Shown here: positions 10,104-20,651 of the stretch, piece by piece | Layout of the letters: each line of letters opens with the position of its first letter | Position numbering within the stretch: position 1 is the first letter of the stretch | Assembly (NCBI GenBank): GCA_047620825.1 | Contig: JBLHOC010000002.1 | Location: 1-51,437, forward strand | Source of the DNA: Bacteroidia bacterium | Lineage (GTDB): Bacteria; Bacteroidota; Bacteroidia; NS11-12g; UBA9320 | Direction of reading: 5' to 3' | Length of the DNA: 51,437 nt | Translations under genes and position numbers: made by a program | The notes under the pieces: generated by a model | What the model saw: the letters and a program-made list of their open reading frames with translations, nothing else | What the model was told of the DNA's origin: nothing | The model's database searches: none

Positions 10104-13100
10104 TTATAGTTTCACCACACGTGCCGTAGAAGACAAGTTGCCAGAAGTCACAGTGACAAGATAAAGACCCTTTTGCCAAGCATGACTAGAAATGGGTTGA
10201 TTACCGTCTTGAGTAAACACCACCTTTCCTGTTAAGTCGGAGACAATAACGCTCAGTTTACTTAAATTAGTTTGAATATAGAACAGATCATAACTCGGAT
10301 TATGGTGTATAATTAACTTTATATTATTGACGCTAAATTATTGAATATTATATGTCTATTTCTAATTTGGTACAGTAGAAGAAGCATTCTTGTAACTTGT
10401 AGATGTTTGAACATGAGCTTCAGTCCATATGCTTACAATAGCAGCGTCAACATCTGCACATGATAATAGACTTCCGGAGGTGGGACACCCCTAATATTGG
10501 ATTTATAGTGGGTGCTGCTGGACTGAACAAATATTGTTAAACAAAACACCAGGCATATACTCGTTAGTATTAGTCTCATTTGTTGGTTTGTTTAGGCGTG
10601 TATATTAAAGTACCAATTTGCCCTTGTTCTTTCTCCACCTCGACTTCTACTCTATTTTCATTGGCATAAGGGTCTTTTCTAATTCCAGTTACCTGCCAGC
10701 TCAGCTTGACATTGGGCTTGTCGGTTTTAATGGTGAACTGATTATCAGTGATTTCTTCATATATAATGGCTTGGGCAAAAGTGCCAACGCAAGTCAATTG
10801 ATATCGGAACTCCATATTAAGAGATTCGAAATAAGACTGAAGAGTTATAACTATCTAGCTGTTTTCATCTGTTTGAGCATTTCCGTTGTAAATGTTCATC
10901 ATGTCGGGTGATTCGATAAATGAGTGATACAGGTATTTGTTGTAAGGATCTTGGGGATGATCGATTCTAAATGTTCCACCACCTTTACTAATATTCCCGT
11001 TTACCTGGAGGTTCCCGCTTATCTGCATGCTACCATTTACCTGAGCAAACTTGTTAATATAGGCCGTATCCTGAACGAATAAGGAGTTGCCCGCATTGAT
11101 AAAACTTGCTGAGAATGTGGTTGGATTTCTGCCAGCATCCAACGCCATAAACCCTTGATATGGTATTATCTGTAACCCGAGCTGATTACCACTGGAATCT
11201 ACCGAATTTAAGAAAAGCTCATCTGAATTTGGAGATTCTTCAACCATCAAGCAGCCCGTGTTAAACACAACTTGTGACGATGATACACCTAATGTTGTTT
11301 TGCTTGATGTTGCATAATCCCAATCTGTACCCATTTGACGAGAGCTGTTATCGTATAAACTTTGGAATGAAGTCGTAGGTACAAATACCACGTACCTACT
11401 ACTTCCAATTAATGAGATTGTGGAGTCGAATTGCGTAAACCCAAGTGCCATAGTGTGATCATTTGTATCTCTGGAACCGAACAAGCTCACACCATTTACA
11501 TATTCATAACCCGTTTAAATGCCCTCTGATTCAAAACCAGTGGCGATCCACTATAAATGATGTTGCTGTCTTTTGGGTCTACTGTTGTTGTTATTATACG
11601 ACCGTTATCGTCCTCAACGGTTTCTGTTTTTTTACCATCAGAAAGTCGATCTTCAATAGTTAGCTTAGCAGTAAATCTCCCGAACGACTCAAATCTTGGG
11701 CTAACGTCTTCTCCTATTTTATGCCCAAAATCATCTTCAAAGTCCCAAACGATTGTTGTGTCAGTGGCATGGGTTTTAGTTTCTTTTGTTTTATTCCCTT
11801 CGTTAGTAACAGCACTCTTCGCCCCATCGTAGTCCCATTTAAACTCAACAGTTACTGCGTCGTCTGAAATGCGATTTTTGACTTTTGAAGTATCTGTAAT
11901 AACAATATGTTGCCAATCATTTTGGCCATATGTGTTTGTACCAATGCCTTCAAACGCTTGCAGACCTTCTTTAGGATCTAATTTTAGGTCAATAACATTC
12001 CCATCTGTATCTGTCTAGACAAACTGGATGGTCGTATCCTTGGTATGTGTTTTCTCTTCTTTTGTTCCACTGCCTTCAGTCTAACTACGTTATCGTTTCC
12101 GTCGAACTCCTACTCGAATCGGACTGTGCCACCTGTATTGGTAATACTGTTCTTTTGCGTTCCAGAGTCCCGGGTTGTTATATATCTTAAATCACGTTCG
12201 TCGTATACAAGCCTATCGAACCCATCGTAAGTCGCAGTTCCAGTCTCCGGGTCTCTATCTTCTCTCATTTCCGAACCTTTGCTTCGATTTGTTTGCTTAG
12301 AACCGCCAGTGCTGTCGTATTCTAAAACGACATTGTTGTTGCCGTCGAATTCATATGTTTCAAGTCTTACACCTTCTTTTTTAACTTCATCAGTTTCTGG
12401 CATATGTGTTTCGCTCATTGCCCGATCTAAATCGTCGTAGTATTCCGTCCTACTATTTCCATTTGTGTCACCTCGGATGACAACTCTACGGTTACCGTCG
12501 TATTCAGCTACAAAACTGTCGGACTTAATGCCATCTGATATTATTACATCATTAAACTCAAATCCAACATTGCTCATATAAAACCAGAAAGTATCCCCAT
12601 TCCCCAAATCAGTTCCGAAACATTGTTGATTTGTAGTAGGTACATAAATCTGGAAATCTTGGTTTTTCCGCGTTGCGCTTTTTTTGTCTGGATTAACAGA
12701 TGTCGAGGAAGTCTTGCCTTTGGAGTCGTTAGTATAAGTAGCAACTGTTTTGCCACCTTCCATGCCAACAACGTGTCTAATCCACCGTTTTTGAATTGGA
12801 TATTTCGCCAGTTTTGGGATTTATTTTGGTGTGAAAAGTGTCTTTACCAACCCTATGTATGATGAGGTGTTCATCATTATTCACGAATTCGGATTTTGTG
12901 ACTTCAGGATTCTCGAATCTCGTTTCTAATAAATTTGGATCAGTATGTACAATACGCCCGAGCAATCTTACCACCGCTCTTCTACGTCGATTCCCTCTGA
13001 ATAGAAAAGGCCTTTAATTACAGGATCTCTCTCGTATCAAGTTGTAATTTTCGAATATTCTAATAGATTGCCACCTGGACAATATATTAAATACAAAGAG

Positions 13101-13811
13101 ATATTACATACACCACTACCATTGTTAGGAGGCACTGTCATGACTGTAGATATAACTTTTCCTTTGTTATTTCCATACTGCAGTGTCGAAACAATCTGGA
13201 TAGATCCGTCTGCGAATGGTGTTTTCTCTATGGATAGAAAACCGCCATTTGGGGTTTTTTCAACTTGTTTGGTAGGTGAATTCGTACTCAAATTATACCA
13301 CACGGTATCGTGTGCAACCATTTTAAATTCCCCAGTATTTGGATTTAAAACCATTCTTACATCTCCGTTTTTATCTCGAAGCACCAAACTATCGCCAAAA
13401 CGAAATTGGCTTTGTTAGATGCACTGTCGGCATAAGCAGCACGTACAGCTAGGGCACAGCTAATATCCGCACATTCGGTGTCAGGGGTTCTTTGCCATTA
13501 ATACCGTCGTTAAATGGAATTTCGAGGTACATCTCATCGTTGTCAAAAATTGATTTGGCAATAGCAGGTTGACTGCCACTTCCTAGACTTACGGAATAAT
13601 TACCATTGTTAACAGAAACGGATATTAGACCACTCGCCCAAAGGTAAGAAGCGTTATTGTCTAAAATTCTAAATTCAAAGTCAAAATCTCCATCAAAACC
13701 AAGACCGGAGGTGTCTGTAATGGACCCCTGATAAGGAATGATATTTGGTATTTGAGCATGAACTACGGCACTAATACCAACAGCCAATAAACAAAGTATA
13801 AATCGTTTCAT
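10104..13811 (-). pseudogene. Heavily eroded gene for a large T9SS-secreted surface protein (tail-fibre-like N-module, YD-like repeats, IDHP..NKYLYHSF module, T9SS CTD)
   Basis: Fragments on the minus strand join into one reading. Signal peptide plus IIPYQGSITD module at 13449..13811. Then VPYAVRAAYADSASNKANF and LRDKNGDVRMVLNPNTGEF (13037..13387). Then 12777..12974. YD-like repeats YEFDGNNNVVLEYD / ATYDGFDRLVYDE at 12110..12763. Unlisted frames cover 11500..12110. RIDHPQDPYNKYLYHSFIESPDMMNIYNG at 10855..11490. FRYQLTCVG...SWQVTGIRKDPYA at 10576..10815. A T9SS CTD (IIHHNPSYDLFYIQ...VSDLTGKVVF...KGLYLVTVTSG...ARVVKL) at 10104..10320. About 18 stops or frameshifts separate these pieces. Confidence 0.7.
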
Positions 13812-13990
13812 AGTGGAATTTTTATGCTGAAAACTAAAAAAAACAAGAGGACGCCTATAGAAGTATTGTCATATCTGGAAACGTCAATTGTCTTATAATG
13901 TGAATCCTTTGTCTAAAACGTTCATAATCAATCCACCGAAATAGGTCCAACCACATGAATCCCCGTTACATTTGAGTCTGTAAATTCAAC

Positions 13991-15469
13991 TTGAAAAATA
14001 AGATATTACAAAAACTAGCTGGAGAAACGGCTATCTATGGTATTACCCATACCATTGGGCGTTTGATAAATTTCATTCTGGTCCCTATTTACATCCTTCT
14101 ATTTCCGCCAAATGAATACGGGGTTGTCAGCACATATTATGCTGTAGCTGCGTTTGCCATTGTGGTGCTCATGTACGGAATGGAAACGGCCTTCTTTAAT
14201 TTCTCACGAGAGGAAAAACCTGAAAAAGTTTTTGCAACGGGCCAGATTTCTTTACTAGTTACTACAGGCATTTTGATGCTGGTCGGCTTGACCTGTCAAC
14301 AGGGAATTGCTAATTTTTTAGAACATCCTGACCAAACAGAATACGTTCGAATATTTGTGTTTATTTTGGCTTTAGATGCCTTATCAAACCTACCATTAGC
14401 ATGGCTCCGTTTTAAGAAAATGCCGTTGAAGTTCGGCTTTATTCGTATCACAAATATTTTGGTCAATGTTGGAGCCAACTATACTTTTCTGTTTCTAATA
14501 CCTTGGCTAATCCGAAAAGGTTATTCGATCCCTTTTTACCAGCATGAATTTGGAATCGGGTATATTTTTCTTTCTGGTTTAATTGCCAGCCTGGTCATGT
14601 TTTTAATGCTATTACCTCAGTGGAAAGCTATTTCTGAAGGTTTTGATGCTAGGTTATGGCAAAAAATGTGGCGCTATGGACGCCCTTTGGTTATTATTGG
14701 CTTAGCTGGAATTGTCAATGAAATGATTGACAGACTTCTATTGTTGAAAATGTTGCCAGAGTCAGTCGCTGATTTTGAAATTGGGGTCTACAGTGCTTTT
14801 TACAAACTGGCTATGTTCATGACCATTTTTGTACAAAGCTTCAGATTTGCAGCCGAACCGTTCTTTTTTGAACAATCCAAAGGGCAAGATCCGAAGCTCA
14901 TATACGCCAAAGTGATGCATTATTTTGTCATCGCACTGTGTCTAATATTCCTTGTCACGCTAGTCTTTTTAAAACAAATTGGGCCGGTAATTATCACACG
15001 AGAGATTTATTTTAGACATCCCCAAGCCTTAATGTTAACACCCATTTTATTATTGGCGAATTTGTTTCTTGGGGTAATGTACAACCTCAATATTTGGTAT
15101 AAACTAAATAATAAGATGCATATCGGTATGTGGATCGCTATAGGAGGTGCGTTGGGGACAATCATTCTTAACGTGATATTCATACCTATCATAGGAATTT
15201 TGGGATCTGCGTTAACAACCTTGGTCGTTTATTTTGGTATGGCAGTGGCGAGCTATATTTTGGGTCAGAAGCACTATAGGGTTCCATATAACTTAAAAAT
15301 GATTGTATTCTACATCATTTTCTGTCAGGTGTTATATTGGATTTACGCATTTTTAAACCAAATAGCGGACAATTATGCATTGCTATGGTCGGGATTAACA
15401 CTAACGGCCTTTATTGCCGTGGTGTACTTTATAGAACGTCCAACCAAAAATCGTAAGTTTGCCGCTTGA
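13991..15469 (+). CDS. Polysaccharide/oligosaccharide flippase family protein (MOP superfamily, Wzx/MurJ-like)
   Basis: 492 aa with about 12-14 hydrophobic helices and a TTG start. It sits directly upstream of dut, as in many Flavobacteriia. Confidence 0.75.
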   Translation: MKNKILQKLAGETAIYGITHTIGRLINFILVPIYILLFPPNEYGVVSTYYAVAAFAIVVLMYGMETAFFNFSREEKPEKVFATGQISLLVTTGILMLVGLTCQQGIANFLEHPDQTEYVRIFVFILALDALSNLPLAWLRFKKMPLKFGFIRITNILVNVGANYTFLFLIPWLIRKGYSIPFYQHEFGIGYIFLSGLIASLVMFLMLLPQWKAISEGFDARLWQKMWRYGRPLVIIGLAGIVNEMIDRLLLLKMLPESVADFEIGVYSAFYKLAMFMTIFVQSFRFAAEPFFFEQSKGQDPKLIYAKVMHYFVIALCLIFLVTLVFLKQIGPVIITREIYFRHPQALMLTPILLLANLFLGVMYNLNIWYKLNNKMHIGMWIAIGGALGTIILNVIFIPIIGILGSALTTLVVYFGMAVASYILGQKHYRVPYNLKMIVFYIIFCQVLYWIYAFLNQIADNYALLWSGLTLTAFIAVVYFIERPTKNRKFAA

Positions 15470-15916
15470 ATGAAAAACATCCTTAACATAAACACTGTAA
15501 ATACGACGGATTTAGAAATTCCGAAGCACGAATCAGATTTTGCTGCTGGGGTGGATTTAAGGGCAGCTATTGAGGATACTGAAATCATTCAACCGATGGA
15601 ACGGAAACTTATTGGTACTGGATTAAAAATTGCTTTACCCGAAGGGTTTGAAGCACAAATCCGACCAAGAAGTGGTCTGGCTTATAAAAGTGGGGTAACA
15701 GTTTTAAATGCGCCAGGAACTGTAGACGCCGATTATAGAGGAGAGATAAAAGTGTTGCTGATTAACTTAGGACAAGATGTTTTTGAAATTCATAGAGGAG
15801 ATCGCATTGCACAAATGGTCGTTGCACCATACCAAAAAATAAGATTAGTAGAAACACCAAGCCTTGAGGATACCGAACGTGGATCTGGAGGTTATGGAAG
15901 TACAGGAAAAGGTTAA
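15470..15916 (+). CDS. dut: dUTP diphosphatase
   Basis: 148 aa with motifs AAGVDLRA, IRPRSGLA, GTVDADYRGEI, RIAQMV and ERGSGGYGSTG. Confidence 0.95.
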   Translation: MKNILNINTVNTTDLEIPKHESDFAAGVDLRAAIEDTEIIQPMERKLIGTGLKIALPEGFEAQIRPRSGLAYKSGVTVLNAPGTVDADYRGEIKVLLINLGQDVFEIHRGDRIAQMVVAPYQKIRLVETPSLEDTERGSGGYGSTGKG

Positions 15917-15927
15917 ATAAAGTAAAG

Positions 15928-16938
15928 ATGAATATTATTATTCCAATGGCCGGGATGGGGAAAAGAATGCGGCCACACACATTAACAACACCCAAACCAT
16001 TATTGCCAATTGCGGGTAAGCCAATTGTTCAAAGACTGGTAGAAGACATTGCAAGCGTTTGCGATGAAACAATTGAAAATATTGCTTTTATTATTGGTCC
16101 AACTTTTGGCAAAGAAGTTGAAGCGGATTTACATGCGATTGCAGCGTCACTTGGCGCAAAAGGACATATCTGTTTTCAGGATGAAGCACTTGGTACTGCA
16201 CATGCTGTGTACTGTGCGAAAGAAATCCTTACAGGAAACGTGATTGTCGGTTTTGCTGACACCCTGTTTCGAGCGAACTTTACTATTGACCCTGAAAAAG
16301 ATGGTGTTATTTGGGTGAAGCAAGTAGAAGACCCAAGCGCATTTGGCGTGGTAAAGCTTACGGAAGACAATGTGATAAGTGATTTCATCGAAAAGCCAGA
16401 AACATTCGTATCAGATCTTGCTATAATTGGTATCTATTATTTCAAAGACGGCGACAGATTGAAACGTGAAATTGAACATTTGCTTGATAACAATATTCGA
16501 GATAAAGGCGAGTTTCAGTTAACGAATGCCCTCGAAAACATGAAAAACGATGGATTACAATTCGTTCCTGGTGAAGTTATTGATTGGATGGATTGTGGCA
16601 ATAAAAACGCAACTGTTGACACGAACAAACGTGTACTGATGCATGCCGGTGATGAGAAAATGCTTTCTGATACTTACAAAACAGTCAATGCCACTATTAT
16701 CGAGCCTTGTTTTATTGGTGAAAATGTTCAGATAGAGCACTCTACAATCGGCCCCTATGTTTCGATAGGAGACAATACCAAGGTGACAAATTCCGTTATT
16801 ACGAATAGCATCATTCAGTCTAATTCCAACATAAAAAACGCAGCATTCGAAAACTCTATGGTTGGAAATTTTGTAGAATATGATGGGAAATCCAATCAGC
16901 TGAGTATCAGTGATTATAGTACAGTAAAAAACAATTAA
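15928..16938 (+). CDS. Sugar-phosphate nucleotidyltransferase with a C-terminal left-handed beta-helix
   Basis: 336 aa. The N-terminus MAGMGKRMRPHTLTTPKPLLPIAGKP is the G-x-G-x-R-l NTP-transferase signature. The C-terminus has hexapeptide-like repeats. Confidence 0.85.
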   Translation: MNIIIPMAGMGKRMRPHTLTTPKPLLPIAGKPIVQRLVEDIASVCDETIENIAFIIGPTFGKEVEADLHAIAASLGAKGHICFQDEALGTAHAVYCAKEILTGNVIVGFADTLFRANFTIDPEKDGVIWVKQVEDPSAFGVVKLTEDNVISDFIEKPETFVSDLAIIGIYYFKDGDRLKREIEHLLDNNIRDKGEFQLTNALENMKNDGLQFVPGEVIDWMDCGNKNATVDTNKRVLMHAGDEKMLSDTYKTVNATIIEPCFIGENVQIEHSTIGPYVSIGDNTKVTNSVITNSIIQSNSNIKNAAFENSMVGNFVEYDGKSNQLSISDYSTVKNN

Positions 16939-18611
16939 TGAAAAATTTACCCCAGTCGTTACTCATTGGATTAGTAGTTATTTTAACGGCTACTTCCTGT
17001 GCGAACAGAAAAGGGGTAACCGAGTTGAGTAAATTGAGCTTCCAGCAAAGAGCACAATTTGATCAACTATACTTCAAAGCATCCAAACAGAAAGTCTTAG
17101 GAAACTATCCTGAAGCAGCAAGATTATTTGCTGACGCCTTAAAGATTGACCCACGTAGTCATGCGACGATGTATCAATTGGCTAATCTAAACATGGCCGT
17201 TTCTGGATTTCACGACGCTGTTTATTGGGCTGAGAAGTCAATGTTAGATAATCCAGTCTACAATTATTGGTATGCTGGTCAATTGGCCCAAGCATATAGT
17301 AAAGTAGGGGAGTTTCGTAAATCAGCTCAAGTGTTTGAGGTAATGGCCGAAAATGAACCTGAAAGACCTACGAATTATCAGGAGGCTAGCCGACAATACA
17401 TCAATGCGCAGGAGTTTAAAAAAGCTATTAAGTTACTTGAGGTTTATGTAGACCGTTTTGGGATTGATGAAGAGGCGGCAAGAATGATAGAAGGCTTGTA
17501 CTTTGAGCTGGGTAAATCTAAAGACGGCATATCGTGGATGCAGAAGTTGACGGATTCGGATCCAGACAACGTGAGGTATATAGGCCTGTTAGCGGAATCT
17601 TATGTTCGTGATCGTCAAAACGATAAGGCTAAAATGCTGTATCTACGGATATTGAAAATGGAGCCTGACAACGGATATGGTCATTTTGGTTTGTCGGATA
17701 TTTATAAACGTCAAAAGCAAGAAGACAGCAGTTTCTATCATTTAACCAAAGGGTTTGATGATGTCATCATACCCATTGAGACGAAAATCAAAGTAGTTGG
17801 AAGCTTCTTCCCCTATCTAAGGTCCAATGACAAAATGAGAGACAGGGCACTTGTACTGACCAAAAAGCTAATAACGGTACATGATAAAGAAGATAAAGCT
17901 TACTTGGTAAGAAGTGACGTCTTACATGTGCTTGGTGAACAAGAAGATGCTAGAAAGCTTATTATAACCGCCAGCGAATTAAATCCCGGAAACATAGGCA
18001 TTTGGAAAAAGCTACTCGGTATAGACGATGAATTGGGTAATTACGCGTGGTTGGTAGATGACTCAAAAGAAGCGCTGTCTTATTTCCCAAACCAACCGTT
18101 TTTATACATAATTAACTCATTTGCTAACTACTCTACTTATAAATATGAACAAGCCATTTCTATGGCAGAGGAAGGCCTTGAGATCGCGCTGTTACCAAGC
18201 GATAGAATTGACTTACTTGTTACGATTGCAGATGCGTCATATGAATTAGGACAATACGAAAAGACCTATGAAACGTATGATGAGGTGTTGGAATTGGATC
18301 CAAAGAACGATGGGGCCATGAACAATTACGCATATTATTTATCTGAACAGCAAGTACGGTTAAACGATGCATTGGTCATGATTGACAAGGCGTTATTAAT
18401 CAATCCTAATCGACCAACATACTTAGATACAAAAGGATGGGTGCTTTTTCAATTAGAGAGATATAGTGAAGCGTTGCCAATTTTGGAAAAGGCTTATAGT
18501 CACTTTATAAAAGATAAAGAAGTGGCAAACCATTACGCAGATTGTCTAGAGAAATTGGGCAAAAATGGGGATGCTCAAAAAGTGAGAGATGCCTTAAACA
18601 AAACAAATTAA
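16938..18611 (+). CDS. TPR-repeat lipoprotein
   Basis: 557 aa with signal LVVILTATSC/AN. Several 34-aa TPR-like units are present (e.g. GNYPEAARLFADALKIDPRS, GQYEKTYETYDEVLELDPKN). Confidence 0.8.
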   Translation: MKNLPQSLLIGLVVILTATSCANRKGVTELSKLSFQQRAQFDQLYFKASKQKVLGNYPEAARLFADALKIDPRSHATMYQLANLNMAVSGFHDAVYWAEKSMLDNPVYNYWYAGQLAQAYSKVGEFRKSAQVFEVMAENEPERPTNYQEASRQYINAQEFKKAIKLLEVYVDRFGIDEEAARMIEGLYFELGKSKDGISWMQKLTDSDPDNVRYIGLLAESYVRDRQNDKAKMLYLRILKMEPDNGYGHFGLSDIYKRQKQEDSSFYHLTKGFDDVIIPIETKIKVVGSFFPYLRSNDKMRDRALVLTKKLITVHDKEDKAYLVRSDVLHVLGEQEDARKLIITASELNPGNIGIWKKLLGIDDELGNYAWLVDDSKEALSYFPNQPFLYIINSFANYSTYKYEQAISMAEEGLEIALLPSDRIDLLVTIADASYELGQYEKTYETYDEVLELDPKNDGAMNNYAYYLSEQQVRLNDALVMIDKALLINPNRPTYLDTKGWVLFQLERYSEALPILEKAYSHFIKDKEVANHYADCLEKLGKNGDAQKVRDALNKTN

Positions 18612-18615
18612 TTCA

Positions 18616-19383
18616 ATGTCTAAAATATTAACCCTGTTTTTATTTGGCTGTATTACGATAGCTAATCTGTGTGGTTGTAAATCACGTAAACCACATTCGG
18701 ATTGCACAACGTCTCTTACCAAACACCCGTCAAATGTTTTGAGTCAAGTCACAGAAAATTTAGCGGACTATGATTATTTATCGTTGGGTATTAAGGCAAA
18801 TTACACCACAGGTCAGAACAGTACTGGTTTTGCAATGAATGTTAAAATGCAGAAAGACTCATTCGTTTGGGTCCGTGTTAGTGTACTTATTGAGGTCGCA
18901 AGAGCTTATATCACCCCTGATAGTTTCACAGTGTTGGATAGAATTAACCGTAAATATTATGAAGGGACGATTGCAGATTTGAAGCAATTTACTGGACAGG
19001 AATTAAGTTTATCGCAACTCCAAGACCTTTTTGTTGCTAATCCATTGTATGCTGTTGAACTGTTTAGATCATCCAATGATGATTTACGAAATGACCATTT
19101 GCAACATCAAGCCTCTGGCATCATAAATAGAATTCAATTGTCTGGATGTTTTAGGTCAAAAATTACGGAGTTTAGTTCTCCAACCAATGAGAACAAGGTG
19201 AAGATTGAATATGCTAACTTTACGAAAGAAAAAGGAGTGGGTTATATACCTAGTATGGTAAATGTGGATGCTGAAGGTAACGGGAAAAAGTACAACCTAG
19301 TAATGGAGTACACCTCTGTTTCTACAACGCCGTTCGAACCCATAAGATTTAAAGTGCCATCAAAATATGAAAAGGGTAACTAA
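18616..19383 (+). CDS. DUF4292-like (LolB-like) lipoprotein
   Basis: 255 aa with lipoprotein signal FLFGCITIANLCGC/KS. It occupies the conserved position between the TPR protein and the M23 peptidase. Confidence 0.6.
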   Translation: MSKILTLFLFGCITIANLCGCKSRKPHSDCTTSLTKHPSNVLSQVTENLADYDYLSLGIKANYTTGQNSTGFAMNVKMQKDSFVWVRVSVLIEVARAYITPDSFTVLDRINRKYYEGTIADLKQFTGQELSLSQLQDLFVANPLYAVELFRSSNDDLRNDHLQHQASGIINRIQLSGCFRSKITEFSSPTNENKVKIEYANFTKEKGVGYIPSMVNVDAEGNGKKYNLVMEYTSVSTTPFEPIRFKVPSKYEKGN

Positions 19384-20506
19384 GATTGGATTATTTTTTG
19401 GTGCATTGTTCGTGTTTACGGTAGGGTTTGCCCAAACCAAACAAGAATTAACCAATAGACTCAACGAAAACCAACGCCAACTTGCACTATCCAAAAAAGT
19501 GTTTGCGGAGACTTTAGCCCAAGAAAGAACGACCTTAAAAACACTGTCGATTTACGAAAGCCAAATTGAACTACGAGAGCAAGGTTTGGACAATATCCAA
19601 GACCACCTTGACGCATTGGACGTAGATATTGATGAGGCAAAGAAGGAAATTAGCGGCATCACAGTTGAAATTGAACGGATAAAAATCGAGTTTTCTGAGG
19701 CCATTGTTCTAAGCTACAAAAGCAATAAGAAAATGAGCAAGATGCATTACGTCTTCATGGCGAGCAGTTTTAATGACCTCATTCGTCGATTGAATTACTT
19801 AAAGCGCATCATGGACTTTAGGAGGCTTCAACTCCAGTTGATTGAAAATAAGAAGCAGGAAAATTCTGTACGAATCAACCAACTTGTAAAAAAGCAAAAC
19901 CAAATGGCATCGTCTCTTAGTGAGCAAGAAGATGAGGCAAATGAATTACGAAAAGAGAAAGACGAATACAATGGGTTGATAGAAAACCTCAAAGCGAAGG
20001 AGGATCAAATTTTACTTGAAATACAACGCAGGGAAAAGCGATCCCAAAAGTTGGAGGCCAGCATCAGGAGGGCGATAAAAAACTCAACAACCACAAACCG
20101 GATTCAGGAGTTTGTTCCTGGGAATTTACCATGGCCCGTGAAAACTGGATATATCTCAGAAAGGTTTGGTCGACATAAACACCAGGATTTCAAAAATGTA
20201 TCAACTCAAAATAACGGGATCAATATCATTTGTGAGGATAAAAGTACAGTATACCCAGTATTTCAAGGTGTGGTAAGTGCCATTATTGAAGTACCAGGAA
20301 TGCATACATCTGTGTTGGTCAAACATGGGGGATACTACTCTGTATATGCTAATTTGGCCAGTGTAAGTTGCACACAAGGCGAACCTCTCACGCCTTCATC
20401 CGTTATTGGTCAGGTTGGGAAGAATGAGGACAACGTTACAGAACTGCATTTCGAAATCTGGAAAGGGACAACCAAGTTGGACCCTCAGTCTTGGATTCGT
20501 AGGTAA
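19367..20506 (+). CDS. M23 family peptidase / murein hydrolase activator (EnvC-like) with an N-terminal coiled coil
   Basis: 379 aa. A signal peptide is followed by a long heptad-rich region. The C-terminal LytM-type domain contains GINIICEDKSTVYPVFQGVVS...VLVKHGGYYSVYANL...ELHFEIW. Confidence 0.85.
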   Translation: MKRVTKIGLFFGALFVFTVGFAQTKQELTNRLNENQRQLALSKKVFAETLAQERTTLKTLSIYESQIELREQGLDNIQDHLDALDVDIDEAKKEISGITVEIERIKIEFSEAIVLSYKSNKKMSKMHYVFMASSFNDLIRRLNYLKRIMDFRRLQLQLIENKKQENSVRINQLVKKQNQMASSLSEQEDEANELRKEKDEYNGLIENLKAKEDQILLEIQRREKRSQKLEASIRRAIKNSTTTNRIQEFVPGNLPWPVKTGYISERFGRHKHQDFKNVSTQNNGINIICEDKSTVYPVFQGVVSAIIEVPGMHTSVLVKHGGYYSVYANLASVSCTQGEPLTPSSVIGQVGKNEDNVTELHFEIWKGTTKLDPQSWIRR

Positions 20507-20651
20507 GACATTTTTACTTTTCCTGTGCGTCACAGCATTGTCTGAAGGGATAATTTCACTTATTTTCGTTTACTTTATCATCTGATAGTGAATCAAATGT
20601 CAATATATGTGATTCAACACATTGATGTATTGACTATATAAAGCAACGAAA

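Noticed and set aside
10618-13418. Plus-strand ORFs 10618..10911, 11463..11663, 11557..11832, 12045..12230, 12623..12862 and 13068..13418 as real genes
   Set aside because: They are low-complexity antisense shadows of the eroded minus-strand gene. They have no motifs, and the minus-strand frames carry clearly protein-like conserved sequence.
10104-13811. Prophage remnant, suggested by the tail-fibre-like modules
   Set aside because: No other phage genes (capsid, terminase, portal, integrase) flank it. The gene has a signal peptide and a T9SS CTD, so it is a cellular surface protein rather than a virion gene.
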